Shown in pieces: positions 38,281-51,062 of a DNA stretch of 64,000 bases. A program made the translations under genes and the position numbers. The notes under the pieces were generated by a model. The model had not been told where the DNA came from, searched no databases, and saw nothing but the letters and a program-made list of their open reading frames with translations. Source of the stretch: Malacoraja senta (lineage: Eukaryota). The stretch covers positions 11,410,001 through 11,474,000 of the forward strand of contig CM075993.1 of the NCBI GenBank assembly GCA_038087875.1, in the 5' to 3' direction. Numbering within the stretch: position 1 is the first letter of the stretch; every line of letters begins with the position of its first letter.

Positions 38281-40384
38281 AACCTGAAATGACTCAATCA
38301 CACCAACTCAGTCCATTGGGTTCAAGGATTTGCCTTCTACGTGAAGTAGGCTCCACAGGTGTTGGGCATGGAATGCCGCTGGGGCTGGGCTTGCATGTGC
38401 TCCAGCAAGGTGTGCAAGTGTAGTTGCTGCCCCATGGAGAGTGCAGTTGTGCATTCCAGCGACAACATGCACGGAATGGATATCCGAAGATTCTTCCCAT
38501 ACCAACTAGGCTCAGCAACTTCTGCAGAGGAACATGATAGGTTCTGACTGGATCACTGGCACTCAGGATAGAAAATCCAACCAATTCCTCCCACATCTGA
38601 CTGGAAATAATCAGCAGGTTGCATCTCAGCTTCTGATGCTTCAGAGGAAATAGTCCTGAGTCTGAAGACGGATTTCAACCCGAAACATCACCAATCTATA
38701 TTCTCCAGAAATACTGCCTGACCCACTTTGTGTCCAATTTGTTCAACCTTTGAATGTAATGTACTGGGATGTCCCACAAAAACAGCATTGGGAATATTGA
38801 GGCATAGAATACAGCCAGATGCGGATGAAGAAGTTAAAAAGAATTATGATTTCAGGGTAGCAAGGAATGTAGACCCTATGGCCTTATGGAAGTGTTGAGC
38901 GTTTTATGAGCTTAATGACAAATCAACAGTCCAGAGGCAAAACAGCTCTCCAGTTAGAAACTCTCTAGACTCAGCACCTCATCCACAAAGAATGAGACTA
39001 TGCCTCACTGAAAGGTGTACTGACCCCTCTTCCATAGACTCCACACAATACCTCAGAAACCACACTGTCGTCTTTCTGACTCTAGTGCCATCCCCTGACA
39101 TTTGTCCTCATTGATTGAGAAAAGGCACTGCTCCCTCACCATTGGAAATCCAGAGCAGAGCTACAGGTGTTCAATGGGGTGTGATTTATATACCCACAAG
39201 AACAGTGATGGGAATAGTGATAGGAACTTTAGTGTGTAGCCTGATGTGGGTGAAGAGGTTTATAAAGAGGGGTGACTGAAGGGTAACAAGGAAATCAGAG
39301 AATACAGGCTTATGGAGGTGCTGATAGTTTTTTGGTTCTATTACACTAATGACAAATCATCAGTCCAAAAGTAAACCGGCTCTCCCGTGAGAGGCCCTTA
39401 TAGGCTCAAGGTGTGACTCACTCTGACAGGTGTACACCCGACACTTCTCCACCATGCAAAATGTATAGGGAACTGCAGATGCTGGTTTATACACAATAGA
39501 CACAAAAGGCTGGAGTAACTCAGCGGGTCAGGCAGCATCTCTGAAGAAAAGGAATAGGTAGCATTCTTAGATTGGTGGCATTCAATATATGGCCTTTCTG
39601 CAGACTTCAGGTGATGAAACATCACCTATTCCTTTTCTCCACAGATGCTGCCTGTCCCGCTGAGTTACGCCAACATTTTGCGTCTACCTCTCCACCAGAC
39701 CCAACACAAAACACGGTTTTATGATCCCAGAACCCACATTCGGTCTGCCACCACCTTGCTCCTAGACCCATGCCCTGTCGTTTGTCCTCAGTAACTGAGA
39801 CAAATGCAGTGATTGAGAAAAGTTATTTGCCCTCACCATGCAACATTTTGTGCGCAGCACTGCAGAGTTTTAAGAGTTCAGAGCTACCTGCTACCTCACC
39901 CATTGGGGAGGGTGAAGCTGTCTGCAAACCTTTTCCTTCGGTCTGAAGAAGGGTTTCGACCAGAAACGTCACCCATTCCTTCTCTCCAGAGATGCTGCCT
40001 GTCCCGCTGAGTTACTGCAGCTTTCTGTGTCTATCTTCGGTTTAAACCACATCTGCAGTTCCTTCCTGCACATCTTTCCCTTCAGCAGATGGCAGGGACA
40101 GTATAAGCTGTACCTTTTAGACCAGAGAGAGAGGTGTGTGGATGGGGGACAGAGCGGCTTAGCCGGAGCTTCGGCCTCTCTATGCCCGGTTCCACACACC
40201 CGCCGCCAGCCGGGTGAGAGAGCGGACACCCGGTGCAGCCCTGCCTGTGCCGGCCGGGGCTGTCACCCAGCGCCGGGGCAGCTACAGTCTACAGACATCC
40301 CGGCCCGGCCCCGGTCCGCGGGCCTCTCCCCGCCCGCCCGCCCGCCTCACACAGCCCGATCCCCGGCCCAGTCTCGCCGCCTAC

Positions 40385-40412
40385 CTTTCATCGCCGAGCA
40401 CAGCACATGCAT
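40385..40412 (-). CDS. RORA: Alternative first coding exon of the same ROR gene (RORalpha4-like N-terminus MHVLCSAMK/A)
   Basis: Minus strand reads acaaccATGCATGTGCTGTGCTCGGCGATGAAAG|gtaggc: A at -3, phase-1 donor, ends in AMK+G like RORalpha4 MMYFVIAAMK/A. It lies in a CpG island, on the same strand and downstream of the microexon as expected. Confidence 0.8.
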
Positions 40413-40564
40413 GGTTGTGTTGTCCGGGTAGGTAGGGAGGGAGGGAGGCGGCACGGCCGGGCTGGGATCGCCTCCCCTCAGCAGCGCCGCGCCTCCCTCC
40501 GCCCTTCCCGCCGTGGCTGACAGCCGTTCCCGCGCGTGTCCCGCCCACCGCGCGCGGCCGCCAA

Positions 40565-40830
40565 GGCACCCGCGCGCACAGCCGTCAACCGCCGTCAGGC
40601 AGGTCGCGGGCACCCGCGCGCTCAGCCGTCAGCCAGGTCGCGGGCACCCGCGCGCACAGCCGTCATCCGCCGCCAGCCAGGTCGCGGGCACCCGCGCGCA
40701 CAGCCGTCAACCGCCGTCAGCCAGGTCGCGGGCACCCGCGCGCACAGCCGTCAACCGCCGCCAGCCAGGTCGCGGGCACCCGCGCGCACAGCCGTCAACC
40801 GCCACCAGCCAGCTGGCGGGCACCCGTCAA
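40565..40830. repeat. 44-bp GC-rich minisatellite, about 6 units
   Basis: Unit ccaggtcgcgggcacccgcgcgcacagccgtcaaccgccgycag starts at 40633, 40677, 40721 and 40765, with partial units on both sides. Confidence 0.95.
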
Positions 40831-41183
40831 CCACCGATGGGATAGGATGGCCGTTCCGCCGCTCGGGCCGCCTGTTCGCCACAAGACCGTGTGGCCACCC
40901 GCTCGCTCAGGTTTGGCCACCCGGGGATTGCGCCGGTGGACCGCGGGCACCCGTGTGTCGCCAGCCGTCAGGCCGCTCGGGCGACGACGCCCGTTGTACC
41001 CGGGGTTACGACGCTCGCCGCTAGACCGTGGGTTGCCCGGGGATTAGGCCGTTCCCCCACACCCCGAGTCTACGCCACCGTCCCCGGGCTCCAGCAGATA
41101 GCCCCAGCCTCCCTGCAACGGACCCACCCAGATCCGTTATTTACTAAACCTGCGTTATAAATTGTGAGAGGCCGTTACACTAG

Positions 41184-42190
41184 CAATGTTACAACATTTT
41201 GAGATTTTAAAAATCAAGCCTGCAATTTATCCCATCAGATAAAGCATAAAAAGAAGTTTAATTTGACACCTAATTCACTTTCATATCTTCAGTATTAAAA
41301 AAGTTATGGCCATTTTCATACTCGGAAATTAGCATCTTGTTCCCTATTGCTTTTCCATTGACTTAACACAAAAGCTGTGATCAAGGACAGTCAAAAGCCC
41401 ATAACGTTCTTAAAAATTAAGAGAACTGAATGAAATTTTCAGTTATTATAAATTGAAGCATTCTGAAACAAATATGAAACAATCTTACTTGGATGACCTG
41501 AAATTAAAGCATATAATTAGCTAGTTACCCAATTGTAGCTAATTACAAAATTCAAATACTAGATCTACATATCTATCCATTTCTTAAGAAAAAGTTAACA
41601 TTTTTAAAAAGCCTGTGTCCAAATAACATTCACACAAGAATTCACAATATAACATTATTTTTAAATCTCATTGCCATTAATTTATAGGCCAAATGGAAGG
41701 AATTTAGTGTTTAGTTCCTGTACATTAATGGGCATTTAAATCATCTTGCGAGTGGGATTTTGTGGAACGCGCTGGTTTGGAACGCTGCGGTTGCACTGAA
41801 TTAAACCCCAATATCAGCAGGAAAAATACTGCCGGTTGGTATATTTAAATTATCACATTTTCGCAACTTGAAATTTTTATGAAAAAATAAACGGCGTACC
41901 TTGCCTTGTCCCGTGCATGAAATCCGTCCCGTTGTCGGCGTTGACGGCATTTGAAGATGATTTTAATTTTACTTCAACAATTAAATTATAAAGCGCTAAT
42001 TTTAATAAACTTAATAAAACGGCAGTCGAAGTGATTTTTCTTTAGCAGCTAATTTACCTGACATACATCGATTTGAATAGGCTGCCGAAATATCGCATTT
42101 TAAACCCGCCCCCCTCTCAAAGGCGCCAAAGTCGCGCACACGGGCAGTGACAGAACTGCAGCGCCGCTGAAGGTAAGTTTTGTAACATAC
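41184..42190. mobile_element. Non-autonomous TIR DNA transposon of about 1 kb, superfamily unassigned
   Basis: ctag|caatgttacaaca ... ttttgtaacatac|ctag: short imperfect TIRs with CTAG on both sides (or a TA TSD with terminal G/C). AT-rich interior with no ORF. Confidence 0.7.
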
Positions 42191-43443
42191 CTAGTTTTAC
42201 AGCACGGTGTTGAGCACCGTCAGTTTATTTACTCCCAGTTAAGAAGAAGGCAAGATTGGGGATTGGGGATGATCAGCCATGATCACATTGAATGGCGGTG
42301 CTGGCTCGAATGGCCTACTCCTGCACCTATTGTCTATTGTCTATTAATTCTCCCACTGGCGCTGCATTCAGCGCGGATTGACTGAGAGCCATTCTGGGGT
42401 GCCAGCAACAGTTGGCTCTGAGAATCAGATAACGGATTCATGCTCACTCACTGTATTCCTGGTGAACCAGACCAGACTCAGTACCAGTGGTACATAACGG
42501 GACAGGAGGGGTATCGACCCAAAACGTTACCCATCCCTTCTCTCCAGAGATGCTGCCTGTCCCGCTGAGTTACTCCAGCATTGTGTGTCTGCCTTCGAGG
42601 ACACAATTAAAACCGTGTGTCCAGCCTCTGGTACAATTACAGAACACTGGACAGCCGCAACTGGACCACTGTGTCCCGTTCCGGGCGCCCCACTTGAGGA
42701 AAGCTATGGAGAGGGTGCAGAAGTGATTTACCAAAGGGTGTTTCAGGAATGTGGAGAGACTGGGGTTGCTCTTGGAATACAAGAGGTTGTGAGGGAATCT
42801 AATTTAAATTTATTAACGTTCTGGTCGAGACCCAACATCAGGTAGCATGTGTACGGAAGGAGCTGCCAGAGGAGGTAGTTGAGGCAGGTACTATAATAAA
42901 AGTTTAAAAGACATTTGGGCAGTTACATTGACAGGAAATGTTTGGAGGAACATGGAAATGAGTGTATCTGAGTGTTGCTTGCAGTGCCTGCATTTATTGC
43001 CCACCCCTTAATAAGCAAGTTCGGTATTCCGACTGCTCATGCCCAGGTCATAGGTCACAAGCCCTGCTTCTCCGCGCTGCCTGGGGGCGCCGCTCCCGAC
43101 GTCTCTGACCGCCCCAGGCGGGCACTCGGGAGGGGACGGGGATGGTCGAGTGCTGTCTGTACGGAATTTGCACGATCTCCTTGTGATCGTGTGGGTTTCC
43201 TCTAGGTGCCCCAGTTTCCTCCCATGTCCCAAAGATGTGCGGGGTTGTTGGTTAATTGGCCTCTGTAAATTGCCCCTAGTGTGTAAGGTGGAAAAATGAG
43301 ATAACGGGTGATCGTTGGTCAGCGTGGACTTGATGGATTTCCACGATGCATCTCTAAACTAAACAAAACTAATTACACATTGTGGATTTTGGACAAATGT
43401 GCATTTGATGGGTGTGTTTAGTTTACATAGATACATAGAAAAT

Positions 43444-45911
43444 AAGCGAGTTCGGTATTTCAAAAACGCAAGGAGTCATGGGATTTGTCAAAAGTAATTC
43501 GTCATCAAGAAAAAGCGAATGAAGCACTGGCTGAAGAAACTATAAATTCTTATCTTTATTCATAATTTATGTGTAAAAATATATTTAATCTGAGGAACTG
43601 GGGTGCCGTGTGGTCACATTATAGGAAATTTATGTATTCCAGACTAGAACACAACGATGATAGTTTCTGAGTCGAATTTCACTATTCTGCTAATTTCAAG
43701 GCAATGGAATTCTTTAGCCTCATCTATGAATATGAATGAGAAATGAAATTCTCGATTCCAGAGAGACTCCCATAAATGGTCAACTCCTCATCGCCCCAAA
43801 AGAACAGGTAGCGGGAGAGCGGGGTGTAACAGCAAGAGAGAGAGAGGGCAGATGCAAGTGGGAGACCAGGGAGAGCGCGCATACAGATCTGCGCCTCATC
43901 CGCAGCCAGGATCGAACCCGGGTCCCCGGCACCACAAGCGCTGCCGAACTGCCACTGAACCACACCCCCCCCCCACAAGTTTCCCATCCCTGCCCAGGAG
44001 GCGGCCGGAGATGTCCAGGGGGACCCTGGACTAACGGGACACCAGCGGCCCCAGGCCCACAGCCAGTGCGGAGAAGAAGCGCAAACCCCAGCTCAACTAC
44101 GCCTGTCCCACCGGGCCAACGGACAGCCCCAGACCGACGGGACACCGGCGGTCCCAGGCCCACAGCCAGCGCAGAGAAGAAACAGCAACTCCTGCCCAAC
44201 CCCGCTCCAACTCCCGAGGAACCCACTTCCCGACGGGACGGGGAACACCAGCCGCACCCAGCAGCCACCGGCCAACCCTCTCCAGCGCCGGCAAAAGTTG
44301 AGCACCAGCCATCAACGGGGATACACACAAAGTGCTGCAGCAACTCAGTTGGACAGGCAGCATCCCCAGAGAACAGGAATGGGTGACGTTTCGGGTCAAG
44401 ACCCTTCTCCAGAGATGTTGCCTGATGCGCCGAGCCACCGCAGCACCCAATGTGCATCCCCGCCGATGACCGGCACTCGGCCCCCGCTGGCACCAGGGGG
44501 CCAACCGACAGCCACTGGACAAGGAGGGAGGCGCAGCCGACGGTCCCCGGCCCACCGAGGAATAATAATAATAATAAATGTTATTTATGGGCGCCTTATA
44601 CCAAAGTCTCAAGGACACCTTACAGAGTTTAACAAGTAAGAAACATATAATCAGAGTAAAATAAATTATAAAGACATCACCAGTACACAAATTAAAGACA
44701 GAATTTGATCCAAAGACACAAAAAAAAATCAGAAACACAATGTGAAGAGAGAGCAGCGGCAGCTAAACCGCGCCAGCGTCCACTCTCCCTTCCGACCGCC
44801 ATCTTGGACACAGACTAAAATAGACACTACATATAAAAATCATCCCCCCACAATGGTTACCACTGTGGGGGAAGGCACAATGTCCAGTCCCCATCCCCAG
44901 TTCTCCCAAAGTCAGGCCTATTGAGGCCTCTGCTATTGCCTCTACGGAGGTCCGATGTTCCTGGCCTTTCTCGCCGGGTGCTGTTGCCCCGGCGTCAGGA
45001 GAGTCCTCTCAGCGGCTGGGCCACCTGGAACGGCCACTTCCATTGCTGTAGACCGCAGCTTCCGAAGCCGACAAGGCCGCGCCGGTTTGGAGCTCCCAGG
45101 CTCCCAGTGTTAAAGTCGGCGCCGCCCGCTCCTCCCCGCAGCCCGGAGGTGTTGAGCTCGGCGGTCACAGCTCACCGGAGCTCCAGCACGTCGATCCAGC
45201 GCGGTGACCCAGGCAAGGCATCGCCCGCTCCGCTCCGCGATAGTGCTCCAGCGCTGTGCCGCCACCGAAGCTGAAGGTGCTGGGCGGTCCCCGCCAGGAA
45301 ACGGTGCTCCACGCCCGCTGGTAGGCCACGAGGACGGGGCAGCCCGGAGAAAAAGCTGCCTCACCGACCAGGTAGGGACCGAGAAATAAGGTTACCCCCT
45401 TGCCCCTACATTAAAAGTCTAGTTCTCCTACAGACAGTAAACAAGACTAACTAAAACTACAAAAAAAAAGTGAATTAAACGGACGGCTGCTGATTAGTAG
45501 CTGTTCACCAAGATGGCTCCTCCTCCTCACTGGGAGCAGAGCCAGCGCCGGCTGCAGGTCCGGGCTGGCGCCCCGCCACCCCGGACAGGGACGGGATACG
45601 CGGGAGGGGACGGGAACGGCCCAGCAGCAACTCAACAGTGCCGGAGACCCGGGCCCGACCACGGACCCCGACCACACGCAGCAGCACAATTTTGCTCACT
45701 CACCGATACATAAAGCAATAAAAACAACAAAGGAACAATAAATACAACTAATTCATAGTTTGAAAGCAGTATTTTCATACCTTGAAGTATCAAAGTTGGA
45801 AAAAATGGATGAAATGAAGGTCTATATGTACACAGCTCCACTGGTTCCAGCAATGTTCATGCAGAGTGACCTTTGACCTGGGCATGCACAATCGGAATAC
45901 CAAACTCGCTT
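43444..45911. mobile_element. TIR element inserted at AT in a CR1 3' end, containing nested SINE, Penelope and L2-tailed insertions
   Basis: TIRs aagcgagttcggtatt (43444-43459) and aataccaaactcgctt (45896-45911) match at 15/16. Flanks rejoin as catagaaaAT|aggtacaggagtaggcc. Confidence 0.75.
44561..45525 (-). mobile_element. GC-rich non-coding retroposon with L2-type tail (copy B)
   Basis: Reverse-complement homolog of 10732-11697 with (tat)n tail at 44561-44576. Confidence 0.8.
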
Positions 45912-45977
45912 ATAGGTACAGGAGTAGGCCATTAGCTGCCCTCCAATCCATAGGAACTGATCCAGAATGGAAAATGA

Positions 45978-46922
45978 TCACCAATGCGTCCACAATACCA
46001 CCTTGAGTACCCTGGAATGTAGACCATCAGGCCCTGGGGATTTATCAGCCTTCACTCCCATCGGTCTACCCAACACCAGCTCCTGACTAATGTGAATTTC
46101 CTTCAGTTCCTCCGTCACCCTAGGTCCTCTGTCCCCTGGTACATCTGGGAGATTGGTTCTGTCTTCACTAAGGAAGACACAAACAAAGTAGCTGTTCAAC
46201 TTGTCTGCCATTTCCTTGTTCCCAATAATAAATTCACCTGTTTCTGTCTTCAAAGGACCCACATTTGTCTTAACTAATTTTTTCCTCCACATACCAAAAG
46301 AAGCTTTTACTATCCTCCTTTATATTCTTGGCTAGCTTTACTTACCTTCTGTTGCCTAATCCTCTGGCTTCCCGCTCATCTTAGCTATGTTATATATCTT
46401 TTTTATTTTTATACTGTCCTTAACTTCCCTTGTCAACCACAATCGCCTCTTACTCCCCTTAGAATCTTGCTTCCTCTTTGGAATGAAATGATCCTGCATC
46501 TTCCAGATTATTCCCAGAAATACCTGCCATTGCTGCTCCACTGTCATCCCTGCTAGGGTCCCTTTCCAGTCAACTTTGGCCAGCTCCTCCCTCATGCCTC
46601 CATAGTCCCCTTTGTTCAACTGCAACACTGACACCTCTGATTTTACCTTCTCCCTCTCAAATTGCAGATTAAAACTTATCATATTATGGTCACTAACTCC
46701 TAATGGTTCCTTTACCCTGAGTTCCCTTAACAAATCCGGTTCATTACACAACACTAAAACAGAATTGCCTTCTCCCTGGTAGGCTCCGGTACAAGCTGCT
46801 CTAAGAATCCATCTTGAATGCACTCTACAAACTCCCCTTCTTGGGGGTCCAGTACCAACCTGATTTTCCCAGTTTATCTGTATGTTGAAATCTCCCATAA
46901 CCACCGTAGAATTACCTTTGTC
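45978..46922 (-). mobile_element. CR1 ORF2 fragment (endonuclease C-terminus and tether)
   Basis: VMGDFNI..NW..EPLG.SDHNMISF..LNKGDY.GMREELAKVDW; EMADKLNSYF..KADKSPGPDGLHSRVLK. Confidence 0.9.
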
Positions 46923-47897
46923 ACATTTGCAATTCTACCGCTGCGCCAGCATGACGCCTTTGAAATGTTACAATGTTGTATGTTCCACTACACCTTAACT
47001 GATCATTACCCCCACAACACCCCCTGAAAACACAGTTAAATAATCTATCTCAAATGCCATTAGCATTTTGCAGGAGATCTCTAGTCAACTTTGCAACACC
47101 AGATCTCTTCTCTTTTACGAAGTTATACTTTATTTCTTGATCTCTGGATGAGGTGCACAGTAAGAAAGAGATGGACAGAAAAAGACCCTTTTTCGTGTTT
47201 CGACCCGAAACAGCACCTATTCCTTTTCTCCAGAGATGCTGCCTGACCCGCTGAGTTACTCCAGCTTTTTGTGCCTATCTTTGGTTTAAACCAGCATCTG
47301 CAGTTCCTTCCGACACAAGAAAGAGATGGACCTTGACACTCAGTACAACATGACAGCACAAACAAAGTAGAAAGATGATTAAACTGGTAGAGAGCATAAA
47401 AATCTGCCAGAAATGATCATCCTTCAAGACACAAGAAGCAGACCGCCTCTGATCTGAGGCTCTGCTGCAAGAAATAAAGATAGAGATCACATCCTCACAG
47501 CACCTGCAGGTTCACCTGACAAGGAGCTGAGAGGTGAAGCTCGAACTCTGTTTCATCCACACCCACACATAGTAACATAGAAAATACCTGCAGGAGTAGG
47601 CCATTTGGCCCCTCGATTTAGCACTGTCATTTAATATGATCATGGCTGATCATTCAGAATCAGTACCCCATTCCTCCTTTCTCCCCATATCCCTTGATTC
47701 CTTTAGCTCTAAGAGCTAAATCTCTCTCTTGAAAACATCCAGTGAAATGGCCTCCACTGCCTTCTGTGACAGAGAATTCCACAGATTCACAACTCTCTGG
47801 GTGAAAAAGTTTTTGCTCATCTCAGTCCCAAATGGCATACCCCTTTTGATTCCATGTCACCACTTGCAAGGGACTGAATTTCATAAAGACGTACCAA

Positions 47898-48790
47898 CTT
47901 TAGTTTAGTGATACAGTGTGGAAACAGGCACTTCGGCCCACCGGGTCAGTGCTGACCAGCGATCCTTGCATATTAACACTATCCTACACACGCTTGGGAC
48001 GATTTATACATTTACCAAGTCAGTATACCTACATACCTGTACGTCTTTGGAGTGTGGAAGGAAACCGAAGATGTTGGTAGAAAACCCAAGCAGGTCACAG
48101 GGAGAACATACAAACTCCGTACAGACCACCCGCATTTGGGATCAAACCCGGGTCTCCGGCAGCAACTCTACCCCTGCGCCAGTGTGCCGCCCAAGGGTTG
48201 CCTGGATGACATGTTTTTTCTTCATTGTTATAGATGATGCTCCCAGCACGGCAAGTAGAGAGTATTCCACCACATTCATCTCCTGTGCTGATAGCTGGTT
48301 GAAAGGCTCTGGGCTGCGAGAGCAGAATCACACCTACAGGATACTTAGTCTATGACCAGCTCTTGTAGCAACAATATATGCCAAGTCAGAAGAAGGGTCC
48401 CAACTCAAAAAATCGCCTGTCCATTCCCTCCACAGATGCTGCCTGACCCGCTGAGTTCCTCCAGCACTTTGTGTTTTTCTCAATATTCTGGCTTCTGCAG
48501 TTCCTGATGTCAGCCAACACTTTCTCTGGGCTTGAGGTGTACAGGAGACTGAACGTGTGAGAAAGAGCTGCAGGCACAACGGGTAGAGCTGATGCCTCTC
48601 AGCGCCAGAGTACCGGGTTTGATCCTGACTACGGGTGCTGTCTGTACGGAGTTTGTACGTTCTCCCCATGACCACATGGGATTTTTCCAGGTGCTCCGGT
48701 TTCCTTCCACACTCTCAAGACGTCCAGGTTTGTAGGTTAATTGGCTTCGGTAAAATTGTACATTGTCCCTAGTGTGTAGGATTGGTTATC
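47898..48790. mobile_element. Two HE1 SINEs (about 47898-48192 minus, about 48572-48785 plus) and a Penelope terminus (about 48385-48510)
   Basis: SINE B-box and V-domain motifs; gatgctgcctgacccgctgagttcctccagc. Confidence 0.75.
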
Positions 48791-49317
48791 CTACACTCTA
48801 AGTTGGTTATGGCACAGATCAATTCCTGCTCCAGCAATGTCCTGGATTTACTTCAATCTGGCTATTGCCACAACCGGTGACTAGATCTCCCGGCTGACCT
48901 TTCTGTCCTAGGTCTCCTCCGTTGTCAGAATGAGGCTAAACACAGATACACAGGAGGAACAGCATCTCATATTTTGCTTAGGCACCTTACAGCCCAGTGC
49001 TATAAATTTTGATTTCTGTAACTTCAAGTAACCCTGGCATTCCCTCTCTCTCCATCCCTCCCCCACCCAAGTCGCACCGGCTTCTCGTTGTCACCCAACA
49101 AACAAGCTAACAATGGCCTGTTACCTTTATCATCTTTATTTTTTTGCATATCTTACAATCATTGTGCTGTGTTCAATCACAGTAGAGTTACTGCCTTACA
49201 GTGCCAGGGTTCGATCCTGCCTGTGGGTGATGTCCGTACGGAGTTTGTATCTTCTCCCCGTGACTTGTGTGGGTTTTCTCTGGGTGCTCTGCTTTCCTCC
49301 CACATTCCAAAGACGTA

Positions 49318-50921
49318 CAGTGGCTTGCAAAAGTATTCATACCCCTTGAACTTTTCCACATTTTGTCACGTTACAACCACAAACGTAAATGTATTTTATT
49401 GGGATTTTATGTGATAGACCAACACAAAGTGGTGCATAATTGTGAAGTGGAAGGAAAATGATACATGGTTTTCAAATTTTTTTACAAATAAAAAACGGAA
49501 AAGTGTCGCCTGCAAAAGTATTCAGCCCCCCTGAGTCAATACTTTGTAGAACCACCTTTCGCTGCAATTACAGCTGCAAGTCTTTTGGGGTACGTCTCTA
49601 CCAGCTTTGCACATCTAGAGACTGAAATTTTTGCCCATTCTTCTTTGCAAAATAGCTCAAGCTCAGTCAGATTGGATGGAGAGCGTCTGTGAACAGCAAT
49701 TTTCAAGTCTTGCCAGAGATTCTCAATTGGATTTAGGTCTGGACTTTGACTGGGCCATTCTAACACATGAATATGCTTTGATCTAAACCATTCCATTGTA
49801 GCTCTGGCTGTATGTTTAGGGTCGTTGTCCTGCTGGAAGGTGAACCTCCGCCCCAGTCTCAAGTCTTTTGCAGACTCTAACAGGTTTTCTTCCAAGATTG
49901 CCCTGTATTTGGCTCCATCCATCTTCCCATCAACTCTGACCAGCTTCCCTGTCCCTGCTGAAGAAAAGCATCCCCGCAGCATGATGCTGCCACCACCATG
50001 TTTCACAGTGGGGATGGTGTGTTCAGGGTGATGTGCAGTGTTAGGTTTCCGCCACACATAGCGTTTTGCATTTAGGCCAAAAACTTCAATTTTGGTCTCA
50101 TCTGACCAGAGCACCTTCCTCCACATGTTTGCTGTGTCCCCCACATGGCTTGTGGCAAACTGCAAACGGGACTTGTTATGGCTTTTTTTCTTCTTGCCAC
50201 TCTTCCATAAAGGCCCGATTTGTGGTGTGCACGACTAATAGTTATCCTGTGGACAGATTCTCCCACCTGAGCTGTGGATCTCTGCAGCTCCTCCAGAGTT
50301 ACCATGGGCCTCTTGGCTGCTTCTCTGATCAATGCTCTCCTTGCCCGGCCTGTCAGTTTAGGTGGACGGCCATGTCTTGGTAGGTTTGCAGTTGTGCCAT
50401 ACTCTTTCCATTTTCGGATGATGGATTGAACAGTGCTCCGTGAGATGTTCAAAGCTTGGGATATTTGTTTATAACCTAACCCTGCTTTAAACTTCTCCAC
50501 AACTTTATCCCTGGCCTGTCTGGTGTGTTCCTTGGGGTTCATGATGCTGTTTGTTCACTAATGTTCTCTAACAAACCTCTGATGCCTTCACAGAACAGCT
50601 GTATTTATACTGAGATTAGATTACACACAAGTGGACTCTATTTACTAATTAGGTGACTTCTGAAGGCAATTGGTTGCACTGGATTTTATTTAGGGGTATC
50701 AGAGTAAAGGGGGCTGAATACTTTTGCACGCGACACTTTTCAGTTTTTTATTTGTAAAAAAATTTGAAAACCATATATCATTTTCCTTCCACTTCACAAT
50801 TATGCGCCACTTTGTGTTGGTCTATCACATAAAATCCCAATAAAATACATTTACATTTGTGGTTGTAACGTGACAACATGTGGAAAAGTTCAAGGGGTAT
50901 GAATACTTTTGCAAGCCACTG
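49318..50921 (-). mobile_element. Tc1/mariner DD34E transposon, Passport-like, full length (copy 1), inserted in an HE1 SINE
   Basis: TA|cagtggcttgcaaaagt...acttttgcaagccactg|TA. TIRs of about 210 bp with inner direct repeat tgcaaaagtattca at 49326 and 49511. Confidence 0.97.
49536..50542 (-). pseudogene. Tc1 transposase, frameshifted by a 13-bp deletion near 50190
   Basis: HTH region and [27 protein letters not shown] with 34 residues between the second D and E; ends KGGSTKY*. Confidence 0.96.
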
Positions 50922-51062
50922 TATAGGATTGTAGGCTAATTGTCTTGGTAAAATTGCAAATTGTCCCTAGTGTGTAGAATAGTGTTCGTGGATTGCTGAT
51001 CGCTGTGGACTAGGTGGGCCAAAGAGTCTGCTTCCACGCTGTATCTCTAAACTAAACTAAAC

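Larger units (their letters stand above)
40140..41130 (-). promoter_or_regulatory. CpG island, candidate internal promoter and 5'UTR of the RORalpha4-like isoform
   Basis: About 1 kb of very GC- and CpG-rich sequence surrounding the exon at 40385-40412, not recognisable as a TE. Confidence 0.7.

Noticed and set aside
1..40380. ROR DNA-binding-domain exon ([20 protein letters not shown])
   Set aside because: Searched by eye on the minus strand and not found; an HYG-like hit near 16540 does not extend. It is probably outside the window or in the gap.
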